Virus record (IMG/VR): IMGVR_UViG_3300019776_000461
Span: 1-64,000 of that record
Length of the DNA: 64,000 nt
Direction: 5' to 3' (one strand)
Source of the DNA: a virus
Part shown: in pieces, positions 48,365 through 58,612 of the stretch
How the letters are laid out: the number at the start of each line of letters is the position of its first letter
How positions within the stretch are numbered: position 1 is the stretch's first letter
Position numbers and translations under genes: made by a program
Notes under the pieces: model-generated
The model's input: only the letters and a program-made list of their open reading frames with translations
The model's database searches: none
What the model was told of the DNA's origin: nothing

Positions 48365-49870
48365 ATGTGCGGTATAATAGCAACCGTCGGTTATACTAAA
48401 ACTGACGTTGATAATATGTTGGAAACCATCGCTCACCGTGGTAAAGATAACCGTGGTATAAAAGAATTTTCTTGGGGCGATAGAAAAGTTATACTCGGAC
48501 ACAATCGCCTTGCTATTAACGATACTTCTGCTGCAGGAAATCAACCGATGGAATGGGAAGGTATTCACTTAGTAGTTAACGGTGAAATATGGAATTATCC
48601 CGAACTAAGAAAAGAATACGAAGAAAGAGGATATGAGTTCAAATCAAATTCAGATTCAGAACTTATACTGTTTGTGTACAAAGAACAAGAATTGAAAAGA
48701 CTTAACGGTATGTTTTCTTTTGTTATTTGGGATAACGGAAAGCTAATTCTTTCTCGTGATTGGGTTGGTAAGTTACCGCTCTATATTTTTAACAATAACA
48801 CTTACATTATTGCAAGTGAAATAAAATCTATTGTTGAACAATTACCCAATGCTGAAATTAAATTTGTACCGAAAAATTCTTTGATTGAAATAGATGTAAG
48901 TACAGATAAAATAACAGTTCATAAAGATTACTATTTTAACTTTTCAAATGAAACAACTTCACCTGAAACACATGAAGAATGCAGTATAACCACGTACAAT
49001 CTACTGGAGAACGCGGTAAGTAAAAGATTGTTATCTGATGTACCTATTGCAACTTCGTTGAGTGGTGGGATTGATTCCGCTGTTATAACGTATTTATTAT
49101 CTACTAAAATACCGAACTTAAAAGCATATACAATTGCTTTTGATGAAGATTCGCCTGACTTGAAGTACGCAAGAATAGTTGCAAAACATTTGGGTATTCA
49201 ATTAGTTGAAGTTTTAGTTCCAAGAAATGTAGAACTATTAAAACAAAGATTTTTGGAATCGATAAGAGTTATTGAATATCCATCTACCGTTCAAATGCAA
49301 GTTGGTATTCTACAATCGTTTATAGCAGAACAGATGGCAAAGGATGGAATAAAAGTTGCTTTTAGTGGTGAAGGTTCTGATGAAGCATACGGTTCTTATG
49401 GAATGATAAGAATGTTCAGTAAGAAACCAGACTGGTCGGATATTAGAAAGAAATTATTTGAAAAGCAATACTATGGTAATTTATTACGCGGTAATACTAT
49501 TTTCATGTATTATGGAACAATAGAATTACGTTGTCCGTTTTTCGATATTGATTTTCTAAATTACACTACTAACTTAACGAACGAATTTCTATCTGATAAA
49601 TCTCAATGGAAACTTCCACTTGCAGATGCATTCAGACCGTACTTGCCTAAAGAAGTTATTGAACAAGAGAAACGTGCTTTTCAAAAAGGTACAAACTTCA
49701 AAGGATATATTGAAGATATAATTCTAAATGATAAAGAAATAAACTTTCGTAATAGAAAAAAGATGCTTCATGTAATTGGTGATAACTTTGAAAAGATTCA
49801 TGGATTCTCACATAAGAAGATGAAGGGCGAACTTATTGGTAATAATGGTGGAATATTCAAATGGATTTAA
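48365..49870 (+). CDS. Asparagine synthetase B-like glutamine-dependent amidoligase
   Basis: MCGI (Ntn Cys), HRG, HNRLAI, NGEIWN, SDSE, LSGGIDS (PP-loop), SGEGSDE, R.PF. Confidence 0.9.
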   Translation: MCGIIATVGYTKTDVDNMLETIAHRGKDNRGIKEFSWGDRKVILGHNRLAINDTSAAGNQPMEWEGIHLVVNGEIWNYPELRKEYEERGYEFKSNSDSELILFVYKEQELKRLNGMFSFVIWDNGKLILSRDWVGKLPLYIFNNNTYIIASEIKSIVEQLPNAEIKFVPKNSLIEIDVSTDKITVHKDYYFNFSNETTSPETHEECSITTYNLLENAVSKRLLSDVPIATSLSGGIDSAVITYLLSTKIPNLKAYTIAFDEDSPDLKYARIVAKHLGIQLVEVLVPRNVELLKQRFLESIRVIEYPSTVQMQVGILQSFIAEQMAKDGIKVAFSGEGSDEAYGSYGMIRMFSKKPDWSDIRKKLFEKQYYGNLLRGNTIFMYYGTIELRCPFFDIDFLNYTTNLTNEFLSDKSQWKLPLADAFRPYLPKEVIEQEKRAFQKGTNFKGYIEDIILNDKEINFRNRKKMLHVIGDNFEKIHGFSHKKMKGELIGNNGGIFKWI

Positions 49871-50700
49871 TACAAACACCCATTGAAGAATATGAACTCA
49901 AAGGAAAAAAAGTTTGGGTTAAACGTGATGATTTAGTAGGTGATGGAATAAATTATCCAAGGTGGGCAAAGATAGAAGGAATTAAACAAATTCTAAGAAG
50001 CCCTGCCATTGATAAAAACAAACCATTAACGCACCTTTCAGTATATGGTAGTTGGACAGGTTGGGTTTTATCTAAACTCTGTAAAGAAGAAGGTATAGAA
50101 TTTATTTCTTCTTATCCAGATACAAAGAAATTCCCAGTGAGTTTAATTGAAAGAGTAATGATAAATGGTGGAAAATTAAATCCACTAAAACCAAATATAA
50201 TGGCGATACTAAATAATCGTGTAAAGAAACAAGCAATGGAAAACGGGTGGCAAATGTTACCGTATGCGTTCAATCATCCAATGTATATTGCATACATGGG
50301 TAGTAGAATGAAACAAGTATTGGAGGATAATGATTTTAACCACTTAGTTGTTTCGATGGGAAGCGGTGTAACGTGTTCTGGACTTATAAATTCATTCTTA
50401 CATTATACAGATTGGCGAGATGTTGTTAGTAACAGACGGCAAGTTCATGGCATTACAATGTCATCGATAAAATCAACGAGAAAAATATTAGAACAAAATG
50501 GAGCAGGTGGTAATAATAATATTCACATTTATAAATCGCCATTTGCTTTTGACGATATGATGTTGGATTATTCAGTACCGTTTGATTGTAATGAGTTTTG
50601 GGATAAAAAAATGTGGTTCTGGTTAGAAGAAAACATTGAGAAATTAGACGGAAAAGTATTATTTTGGAATATTGGTGGTTCATATTTACAATCGATTTAA
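49861..50700 (+). CDS. PLP-dependent fold-type II enzyme (ACC deaminase / D-cysteine desulfhydrase-like)
   Basis: TPIE..., VWVKRDDL, VVSMGSGVT.SGL, LFWNIGG. Confidence 0.75.
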   Translation: MDLIQTPIEEYELKGKKVWVKRDDLVGDGINYPRWAKIEGIKQILRSPAIDKNKPLTHLSVYGSWTGWVLSKLCKEEGIEFISSYPDTKKFPVSLIERVMINGGKLNPLKPNIMAILNNRVKKQAMENGWQMLPYAFNHPMYIAYMGSRMKQVLEDNDFNHLVVSMGSGVTCSGLINSFLHYTDWRDVVSNRRQVHGITMSSIKSTRKILEQNGAGGNNNIHIYKSPFAFDDMMLDYSVPFDCNEFWDKKMWFWLEENIEKLDGKVLFWNIGGSYLQSI

Positions 50701-50716
50701 TATAAATAAAGGAGTT

Positions 50717-51229
50717 ATGAAAATGGCACAGACGTGGCATAGAAGATGGGATGATAGTTATGCTGAGGAAGCATTCAAGAACAGATTAAATTTACCTATT
50801 AAGTATGTAAAGTTAAGTAAAGACGCAGTTAAACCAGAATACTCACAAGACGGTGATGCTGGTATGGACTTAACAGCGACTTCATTTAGAGTTACAGATA
50901 CTTTCATGGAATTTGGAACTGGTATTGCGGTACAGATTCCAGAGAATCATGTTGGACTTTTATTTCCAAGAAGTTCAATTACAAAATCTTCACCAGGCGT
51001 TTCTCTAAAAAATTCAGTTGGTGTTATAGATTCAAATTATCGTGGTGAAATTCTTGTGAGATTTGAATTACCTTACTCAGGAGAGGTGGGTGAAAATATT
51101 CCAGTTGTTGGTGATAGAGTTGCACAATTGGTTATTATTCCATACCCAAGAGTGAAATTCGTAGAAGTAGAGAAACTACCCGATACAAACCGTGGTCAAG
51201 GCGGATTTGGTTCAACAGATAAACAGTAA
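50717..51229 (+). CDS. dut: Trimeric dUTPase
   Basis: DAGMDL, PRSS, GVIDSNYRGE, GDRVAQL, RGQGGFGST; ATG 50717 has an AGGAG RBS. Confidence 0.93.
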   Translation: MKMAQTWHRRWDDSYAEEAFKNRLNLPIKYVKLSKDAVKPEYSQDGDAGMDLTATSFRVTDTFMEFGTGIAVQIPENHVGLLFPRSSITKSSPGVSLKNSVGVIDSNYRGEILVRFELPYSGEVGENIPVVGDRVAQLVIIPYPRVKFVEVEKLPDTNRGQGGFGSTDKQ

Positions 51230-51234
51230 CTTAT

Positions 51235-51242
51235 ATATTTAT
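51235..51242 (+). promoter_or_regulatory. Putative late promoter (ATATTTAT)
   Basis: Precedes a leader-bearing gene inside the replication region. Confidence 0.65.
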
Positions 51243-51276
51243 AGTAAACAAATTCGTTTACTTATAGAGAAGCACA

Positions 51277-51906
51277 ATGTCAAAATTAACTAATATATTA
51301 AAAGAAAGTGGTTTATCGAGATTGGTTTACCACATGGAAATGCACGATTGCGGTACAATTACAGCCTTCCGTTCTAAAGAAGGCTGTGGTTTACCTGAAG
51401 ATTTACCGTACGCTCTACAAGATAACAAAAAAAGAAATGCTCAATTAAAAGCAAAACTTGAAATGATGGGGTACGGAACAACCGCAGTTAAAGGTGCTTA
51501 TATTGAAAACTACGGAACACCTGAAGCAATTGAAGTACGTGAAGATGTTTTCTTTGTTGTGGATTTACAAGACAAAGGAAACCTTGAAGCAGATTTAAGA
51601 AGATTAGGTGAAGAGTATATGCAAGATTCTATTTTGTTTATACCAAGAGGTGGTAGAGGTTCTGTTCTCATCGGTACAAACCATTGTTCAGATTATCCAG
51701 GATATGGCAGAACAATGCAATTCAATGATAGACAAATGGGCAAAGGTGGTCAGTTCATGACAAAAGTAAATGGTAGACCTTTTATATTTGAATCTAATTT
51801 ACTTGAACAAGTTGGAAACCATAACTATTATAGTGTTGCAAACAACATGGGTAAGTGGGCAATGAAAACTATTGCAAATAAAGATTGGAAAGATATTGAA
51901 ATTTAA
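51277..51906 (+). CDS. Hypothetical protein with MSKLTNILKE leader
   Basis: ITAFRS...N..RN..L...L...GY....G.Y.E...QDSIL pattern; late promoter upstream. Confidence 0.6.
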   Translation: MSKLTNILKESGLSRLVYHMEMHDCGTITAFRSKEGCGLPEDLPYALQDNKKRNAQLKAKLEMMGYGTTAVKGAYIENYGTPEAIEVREDVFFVVDLQDKGNLEADLRRLGEEYMQDSILFIPRGGRGSVLIGTNHCSDYPGYGRTMQFNDRQMGKGGQFMTKVNGRPFIFESNLLEQVGNHNYYSVANNMGKWAMKTIANKDWKDIEI

Positions 51907-51928
51907 TTTTAATCGTAAAGGTATTATT

Positions 51929-52213
51929 ATGAGTCGTTCATATAGAAAAACTTCCATAATTGGAAATGCTGGTTCTTCTGAAAAAATGGATAAAATTATA
52001 GCTCATCGTAAGAGTAGAAAATATATTAAAGACCACATTACTGCTACTCATGGTGATTTGGAATTGTTAGAAGAAATTCTAATGCCAAAAGAAGATGAAA
52101 TATCTGATAATTGGAATACATCGAAAGATGGAAAAACTTATTGGAATACAAATGAAAATGAAAATGATTCAGATTGGTTAAAGCGATTTAAGAAAAAAAT
52201 GATGAGGAAATAA
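51929..52213 (+). CDS. Small basic hypothetical protein
   Basis: ATG 51929 (MSRSYRK); W...KDGK..W. Confidence 0.6.
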   Translation: MSRSYRKTSIIGNAGSSEKMDKIIAHRKSRKYIKDHITATHGDLELLEEILMPKEDEISDNWNTSKDGKTYWNTNENENDSDWLKRFKKKMMRK

Positions 52214-52218
52214 ATGTT

Positions 52219-52518
52219 ATGGACGTTTTATTAGTAGAACCAAAAACAAATAAGTTTACCGCTTATTTATACGATGGCACAACAGCAGCAGCGAATGAAG
52301 CATGCTCAAAGTGGCCATGCATTATGACTGCAAGTAACAGTTATAAGGATAAGTGGGTTTTGAAGTTTGAAGCATCGAAAGAAGAGTGCTTACCTGGCCA
52401 ATATATTGTTAACGAAAGTAAGGGGTATTCCATTTATACTCAAGCGGAATTCTTAGAAAAGTATGATGTAGTTTACGATAACCGAAACAAAATCGGTAAT
52501 TTTTTATCCGAAGATTAA
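52219..52518 (+). CDS. Hypothetical protein
   Basis: ORF in operon; G.YIV...F..KY. Confidence 0.55.
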   Translation: MDVLLVEPKTNKFTAYLYDGTTAAANEACSKWPCIMTASNSYKDKWVLKFEASKEECLPGQYIVNESKGYSIYTQAEFLEKYDVVYDNRNKIGNFLSED

Positions 52519-52530
52519 TTTAGGAATGTT

Positions 52531-53691
52531 ATGTATTTAGATTACTTTGACAAGTTCAAAGGAATGAGTCCTTACCTTGCGATTGATGAAATAGAATGGA
52601 AGTATATTCAAGAAACATTTGAGAAGGAAGATGTTTTAGAATCGATGGCAACACTTTTAATGACTTATGATTTACCATACGCTGACATTTCTATTGAAGA
52701 TACAACTTCTGAGTTTCAAAAGTTGAAGGCGATTAAGTGGAAAGAAATGTTAAAAGAAGGTAAGTGGAAAGCCAGACATAGTTACAATTTAGATTTTGAA
52801 TGGAACGGAAAACCATTATTCTTTTCAAGAAGTAATGTAGGTAACTCTGCATCAAATTACTTTCAACAGGTAAACCGTTGGAAAGTTGATGCTGCATACT
52901 CACCTGGTCCAGCAAGAAGTTGGACTTCTCTTCGTTCTATGATTTCTATATCAAAAGCGTTCTATACATTGAAATTTAAAAAGATTGATAAAGCAGCAGT
53001 TCGTTCTGCACTAAGTCTTAGAAAATATGTTTGCTCTCAATTCAAACCAAATGTTGCAAAGGCATTATACGATATGTATGGTGCTAAAACAATATTAGAC
53101 TTCTCGGCAGGATGGGGTGATAGATTATGTGGATTCTATGCATCGGATAAAGCAGAAACATATATTGGAATAGACCCTGCTCCAAATAATCATTCTGTTT
53201 ATCATGAACAAGCAGATTTTTATTCTAAACAATTAGGTTGGTTTGATACGAAAAAATCAGTACATTTATACGAAGCACCCGCGGAAGATTGGGATAATTC
53301 AGAGTGGATAGGTAAAGTTGATTTAATATTTACATCGCCTCCTTACTTTGATACCGAACGATATTCAAACGATGATAAACAAAGTTGGGTTAGGTACAAG
53401 AATATAGATTCTTGGAACAAAGACTTTTTACATAAGGCATTGGATAATGTATGGGAAACTCTTAAATCTGGTGGTACAATGATTATAAACATTGCAGACA
53501 TTTATAATAGACCAGCAAAATCATATTTGAAAATATGTGAACCTATGGTAGAATACATGAAAGAAAAAGTGGATTGTATATACGAAGGTGCGATGGGTAT
53601 GGAAATGGCAGTACGGCCGTCCGATACTGGAATAGATTATGATGATAAAGCAAAATTTGCAGAACCAATGTGGGTATTCAAAAAGGCATAA
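52531..53691 (+). CDS. Amino (N4-C/N6-A) DNA methyltransferase-like protein, copy 1
   Basis: Motif I DFSAGWGDR, GIDP, motif IV FTSPPYF. Confidence 0.8.
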   Translation: MYLDYFDKFKGMSPYLAIDEIEWKYIQETFEKEDVLESMATLLMTYDLPYADISIEDTTSEFQKLKAIKWKEMLKEGKWKARHSYNLDFEWNGKPLFFSRSNVGNSASNYFQQVNRWKVDAAYSPGPARSWTSLRSMISISKAFYTLKFKKIDKAAVRSALSLRKYVCSQFKPNVAKALYDMYGAKTILDFSAGWGDRLCGFYASDKAETYIGIDPAPNNHSVYHEQADFYSKQLGWFDTKKSVHLYEAPAEDWDNSEWIGKVDLIFTSPPYFDTERYSNDDKQSWVRYKNIDSWNKDFLHKALDNVWETLKSGGTMIINIADIYNRPAKSYLKICEPMVEYMKEKVDCIYEGAMGMEMAVRPSDTGIDYDDKAKFAEPMWVFKKA

Positions 53692-53692
53692 A

Positions 53693-56209
53693 ATGTATCA
53701 AAATATATTTGTTAAAACAAACACAAAAGAAGCATGGGTATGGGATGATACTAAAGGACTTTTGTATTTTAATTATACTCCATACGCTTACCGTAGAGAT
53801 TCAAACGGTAAGTTTGTTTCGTTATATGGAGACAAATTATCTAAGGTAACTGAATTCACAAAGAATGATCCAGACTTATTTGAATCTGATGTTGCTGAAA
53901 CTACACGCATTCTTGTTGATATGTACCATGAATCCGATATTCCATCGAAAGCGATTGTTACAATGGCGTTCGATATTGAGGTTGAAATGATTACAGGTAC
54001 GCCAGATCCAACCGAAGGTAACAATGAAATAACTTCTATCGCTTATCATGATTCAGCAACTAACCACTACACTATGTTGGTGTTGGATAAACAGAAGCGA
54101 TTGAAAAATAGAACTACGGATAATAAAACAATAGTTTCTTGTCCAGATGAAAAAACACTTCTACTTAAATTCTTAGCAGGTATAGAAGAAATTCAACCGC
54201 ATATTATGACTGGTTGGAATTGTGATGCATTCGATATTCCATATTTGTATAATAGAATAAAGAGAGTTCTTGGTAAGAAGCAAGCACATCGTATGTCACC
54301 TATAAATGAAATGTTTTTTTCTCCTTATAGAAATCGATGGAGTATTGCTGGTATTTCTGTATTGGATTACATGACTGTTTATAAAAAGTTCTCATATAAA
54401 GAGTTACCATCGTACGCACTTAATGCAGTTTGTATGACCGAGTTAGGTCGTGGTAAGGTTGAGTATGAAGGTAACTTAGATGATTTGATGGAAAACGATA
54501 TTGAAACGTTTATCGAATACAATATAACTGACGTTGAACTTGTTCTTGAATTAGACAAGAAGTTGCAGTATATAGACTTAGTGCGTGGTATTTGCCACGT
54601 TGGTCATGTTCCATACGAGGATTTTGTTTACTCTTCAAAGTATCTTGAGGGTGCTTTGTTATCGTACCTTAAAAATGTTGGAGGTATAGTTGCACCAAAT
54701 AAACCAGCTGATAGACAAGAAAAAATGGCAGAGTTACGAGAGAGCGGTGAACAAGGATTCATTGGTGCTTTCGTTAAAGACCCAATTCCTGGCCGTTACG
54801 AGTGGATGTATGACTTAGATTTAACTTCTCTGTATCCATCTATTATTATGACTTTGAATATTTCTCCTGAAACAAAGATTGCTAAAATAGATAACTGGTC
54901 TGCTGAGGATTTTATTCGTGGTAAGAATGATGAATATTTCGTTGCAGGTGAAATGGTTTCAAAAGAAAAGTTAAAAGCGTTTTTGGATAAATACAAATAC
55001 ACCGTTGCTTCCAATGGTGTGATGTATAGTTCCGATAAGGTTGGATTGATTCCTGCTATTCTAAACGATTGGTTTGATAAACGTGTTCAGTATAAAGATG
55101 AAATGAAAAAATGGGGTAAAGAAGGCGATACAGAGAAGTATGAGTTCTATAAGAAAAGACAACTTGTTCAAAAGATTCTTCTTAATTCATTGTATGGTGT
55201 ATTAGGTTTACCTGCATTTCGTTTCTATGATATTGATAATGCAGAAGCGGTTACACTTTCTGGTCAAACTGTAATTAAGAAAACAGAAGCAGCGATTAAC
55301 ATGAAGTATAATAAAGAGTTGGGTTCAGACAATGTTGATTACGTACAATATGTTGATACCGATTCTGTGTTTGTTTCTTGTTTACCGTTGGTAAAGAATA
55401 GATTTCCTGGTATTGATACTAACAATATTGAGTTGATGACTCCAAAGATTTACGAGATTGCAACGGAAGTACAAGATTATGTAAATGAGTTCTACAATAT
55501 ATTTGCAAAGAAAGTATTCAACACAGACAAACATCGCTTAGAAATTAAACAAGAGATGATTGGACGTACAGGTTTTTGGCAAAAGAAAAAAAGATATGCA
55601 TTATGGATTATTTCTGACAACGGTGTTCAGATGGATAAGTTGGAAGTTAAAGGGTTGGACATTGTTCGCTCTTCATTTCCAAAATCATTTCAGAAGTTTA
55701 TGAAGGCGGTACTAATTGATATTCTGAAAGGTAGAGAAAAAGTAGAATTAGATGAAGATATTCTAAAATTCAAACGAGACTTAGGTACAGTTCTATATGC
55801 TGAATTGGCTAAGAACTCTTCTATAAAAGACATTAAAAAATATCAAGAGCGTTTAACAGTTGATGTGTTAGGTAAGTTTGGTAAAGGAACGCCTGCTCAT
55901 ATTAAAGCAGCGATGAATTACAATAACCTATTAAAGTTATTTAATTGTCCACCGAAGTTTCCAGCAATTAAAAACGGTGATAAGGTTAAAGTTGTTTACT
56001 TGAAAAACAATCGGTACGGTTTAGAAGAGCTAGCATTCAGAGGAGATTCAGATCCAGAAGAAATTATAGAATTTATCAAGGAGAACTTTGATGCTGACGA
56101 GTTGTTTATGTCAGAATTGGATTCAAAGTTACGTGGGTTCTATGAATCAATGAAGTGGGAGTTCCCAACGGAAAGTAAAAAGGTTGCACAGAAGTTTTTT
56201 TCTTTCTAA
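53693..56209 (+). CDS. Family B DNA polymerase with 3'-5' exonuclease
   Basis: FDIEV, GWN..FD, YN..D, DLTSLYPSI, KILLNSLYG, YVDTDS, KKRY; start ATG 53693. Confidence 0.95.
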   Translation: MYQNIFVKTNTKEAWVWDDTKGLLYFNYTPYAYRRDSNGKFVSLYGDKLSKVTEFTKNDPDLFESDVAETTRILVDMYHESDIPSKAIVTMAFDIEVEMITGTPDPTEGNNEITSIAYHDSATNHYTMLVLDKQKRLKNRTTDNKTIVSCPDEKTLLLKFLAGIEEIQPHIMTGWNCDAFDIPYLYNRIKRVLGKKQAHRMSPINEMFFSPYRNRWSIAGISVLDYMTVYKKFSYKELPSYALNAVCMTELGRGKVEYEGNLDDLMENDIETFIEYNITDVELVLELDKKLQYIDLVRGICHVGHVPYEDFVYSSKYLEGALLSYLKNVGGIVAPNKPADRQEKMAELRESGEQGFIGAFVKDPIPGRYEWMYDLDLTSLYPSIIMTLNISPETKIAKIDNWSAEDFIRGKNDEYFVAGEMVSKEKLKAFLDKYKYTVASNGVMYSSDKVGLIPAILNDWFDKRVQYKDEMKKWGKEGDTEKYEFYKKRQLVQKILLNSLYGVLGLPAFRFYDIDNAEAVTLSGQTVIKKTEAAINMKYNKELGSDNVDYVQYVDTDSVFVSCLPLVKNRFPGIDTNNIELMTPKIYEIATEVQDYVNEFYNIFAKKVFNTDKHRLEIKQEMIGRTGFWQKKKRYALWIISDNGVQMDKLEVKGLDIVRSSFPKSFQKFMKAVLIDILKGREKVELDEDILKFKRDLGTVLYAELAKNSSIKDIKKYQERLTVDVLGKFGKGTPAHIKAAMNYNNLLKLFNCPPKFPAIKNGDKVKVVYLKNNRYGLEELAFRGDSDPEEIIEFIKENFDADELFMSELDSKLRGFYESMKWEFPTESKKVAQKFFSF

Positions 56210-56218
56210 ATAATTTAG

Positions 56219-56226
56219 TATATTTG
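56219..56226 (+). promoter_or_regulatory. Bacteroidota-type -7 promoter element (TATATTTG)
   Basis: Upstream of the clamp gene. Confidence 0.55.
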
Positions 56227-56257
56227 TGGAAATTATTATTATAAAAGGATTCGTGTT

Positions 56258-56977
56258 ATGGAAAAATCAAAGTTATTAAACTTCATTAGCAAATATCACT
56301 TGGGTAAATTAGTTCAATCTGTTGCTTGGAATGCAAACGGTGGATTAACAACTCGTTTTATTTCTGATGACAAATGTGTTGTGGGAGAAATTAAACTAAA
56401 AAGTTTCAGCGGTCAAGTAGCAAAGTTTGGTGTGTACGATACAAACTTACTTACAAGTCTTCTTGGTGTTCTTGGTAACACTATTGACTTCAAAATTAAC
56501 GGTGCAGACGATAAAGCATTCGCTTTAACATTAAGTGATAAATCTACAACTGTTAATTATATGTTAGCTGATTTGGCAGTAATTCCACCTGCACCAGAGT
56601 TGAAAGAACTTCCACCATTTGAATTAGAAATGTCAATTACAAAAGATTTTATTGATAAGTTTATCAAAGCTAAATCTGCTTTATCTGATATTGAAAAGTT
56701 TACTATTCTTAAAAACGGTAAGACTGATAAATGGCAAATTGTAATTGGTTATGCTAATACAAACTCTAATAGAATTTCAATCGATATTGATTGTACTTGC
56801 GAACAAGATTTTGAACCAATTTCTTTTTCAGCAAAGTATTTCAAAGAAATTCTATCGGCAAATAAAGATTTGAACGGTGGTTCAATGAAAGTTTCCTCAC
56901 AAGGTTTAGCAAAAGTTGAATTTGATATTGACGATTTTGAATCAAGATATTTCTTAGTAAAATTGGAAAACAACTAA
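56258..56977 (+). CDS. DNA polymerase sliding clamp (gp45/PCNA-like)
   Basis: 239 aa, two-domain beta pattern, F...YF.EIL..N...VS..GL....F.....Y.LV; next to polymerase and clamp loader. Confidence 0.7.
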   Translation: MEKSKLLNFISKYHLGKLVQSVAWNANGGLTTRFISDDKCVVGEIKLKSFSGQVAKFGVYDTNLLTSLLGVLGNTIDFKINGADDKAFALTLSDKSTTVNYMLADLAVIPPAPELKELPPFELEMSITKDFIDKFIKAKSALSDIEKFTILKNGKTDKWQIVIGYANTNSNRISIDIDCTCEQDFEPISFSAKYFKEILSANKDLNGGSMKVSSQGLAKVEFDIDDFESRYFLVKLENN

Positions 56978-58611
56978 TGAAAAAGTATTTCTATGAAAAA
57001 AGTGATATTCTGTCCTGGCCATCGAACATAACGTATGGCGAACTGGTTACGTTTGACGATAACAGGTTTTATGAATGGGCAGAAGATTTACGAATGAGGA
57101 TTCTAACTGATTGGGATAATAATGGGAAACCACCAGTCGTTGGAAGAACTGAGGAAGAGATTAATCAATCATTCTCGAAACTCCGTCAGTTTAACGCTTC
57201 ATCTATTTTTCATAGTGTGGAAGATGGCAATGACTCTGACATGATTGGAGTCATTGCTAATTTCACAAAAGTTGGTTCTGCTGCAAATCAATTCTTTCCA
57301 ACAATGCTAAAAACTAAAATTGCATCTGGCATGGGAAGTGATTCTGGTAAATCGATTTACGATTATTTTACAGACTCTATGAAAGAAACATTTCATCATA
57401 TTATGAAGAGAAGTGTTTACAACGATTCTATGTATTTGTACAGTAAGTCTTTATCTTCAAATCAAGTAAAGAATCCTTACTTCAAAGAAGGTGAAACTCT
57501 TCGTGATTTCTTCATGGCGTATAAAAATGGTGATGGAAGATTCGATGGACAAGGTGTTCGTATTTCTAAAATATCGTGCACTCTACAAACTCAAAGTAAG
57601 AAATATAAAAAGTATTTAACTATAAAGGCAGATGAGATTAGACAGTTCTTAGCGGAAGGTTTGATTGATGACTTCATGTTATTTACTTTGGGTAATCCAG
57701 AAGATTTAACTGATACATTTAATATACAAAAAGAAGGTTCTGAACCGAGGGCAAATGTTTATATTGTTCGTGTTTACGAAAAGAATATAAAACTATTTCC
57801 AAGTGCAATACAAGTATTTCGTATGTCATTCTGTCAGCCAGCGGTAAACTTTCCGCCTATGACCGCAAAGTTTCTTTATGAACACTTTACACAACATATA
57901 CCTGCAAGTGAAACAGTAACAGTATATGACCCAAGTTCTGGCTGGGGTGGTCGTATTTTAGGTGCAATGTCTGTTGGTCGCCCAATACATTATGTTGGAA
58001 CAGACCCAAATACAGATAACTTTATTGATGAATTAGGAATAAGTCGTTATGAATACCTTGCAGACTTTTTTCTAAAATCAATAGGCGAGCGAGGTACAAA
58101 TGTATCTTCAAAGTTTTTTGTTACAAATGAAAATCATACATACGAACTTTTCCAAGATGGTTCGGAAACAATTCAATTTAATCCTAAATTTCAAAAGTAT
58201 AAAGGTAAGTTAGATTTTGTTTTTACTTCACCTCCATACTTTAATAGAGAAATGTATTCTGATGATGCAACTCAATCGTATAAAGCACATAGTGAGTATG
58301 CTGATTGGCGTGATAACTTTTTACGCCCAACATTAGAAACAGCGGTTGCTTATTTGAAATCAGATCGTTATCTTTGTTGGAATATAGCTGATATTAGAAT
58401 TTCAACTAACAAAATAGTTCACCTTGAAAAAGATTCAATTGATATATTAGAATCATTGGGAATGGAGTATGTAGGTAAATTTGGAATGGCAATGGGTAGA
58501 ATGATTGGTAACTCAGACCAAGAAAAATTGGCTGAAAGAACTTCTAATAAAGTTTTTCACAAAGGTCAATGGTGGAAACAAGAACCTATTTTTATATTTA
58601 AAAAACCATAA
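56977..58611 (+). CDS. Amino DNA methyltransferase-like protein, copy 2
   Basis: YDPSSGWGGR, GTDPN, FTSPPYFNRE. Confidence 0.8.
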   Translation: MKKYFYEKSDILSWPSNITYGELVTFDDNRFYEWAEDLRMRILTDWDNNGKPPVVGRTEEEINQSFSKLRQFNASSIFHSVEDGNDSDMIGVIANFTKVGSAANQFFPTMLKTKIASGMGSDSGKSIYDYFTDSMKETFHHIMKRSVYNDSMYLYSKSLSSNQVKNPYFKEGETLRDFFMAYKNGDGRFDGQGVRISKISCTLQTQSKKYKKYLTIKADEIRQFLAEGLIDDFMLFTLGNPEDLTDTFNIQKEGSEPRANVYIVRVYEKNIKLFPSAIQVFRMSFCQPAVNFPPMTAKFLYEHFTQHIPASETVTVYDPSSGWGGRILGAMSVGRPIHYVGTDPNTDNFIDELGISRYEYLADFFLKSIGERGTNVSSKFFVTNENHTYELFQDGSETIQFNPKFQKYKGKLDFVFTSPPYFNREMYSDDATQSYKAHSEYADWRDNFLRPTLETAVAYLKSDRYLCWNIADIRISTNKIVHLEKDSIDILESLGMEYVGKFGMAMGRMIGNSDQEKLAERTSNKVFHKGQWWKQEPIFIFKKP

Positions 58612-58612
58612 A

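Noticed and set aside
48365-49870. Calling this gene a metabolic asnB auxiliary gene
   Set aside because: Its coupling to the TS-fold and PLP genes favours a modification role. The substrate cannot be determined from sequence, so no symbol was assigned.
53704-53711. TATATTTG near the polB start (and a similar one at the metK start) as a promoter
   Set aside because: It falls inside the first codons of the CDS and is probably a chance match in AT-rich sequence.
36711-56209. Inteins, introns or homing endonucleases in recA, helicase, nrdJ or polB
   Set aside because: Lengths are normal, motifs are contiguous, and I saw no splice-junction or LAGLIDADG/HNH signatures.
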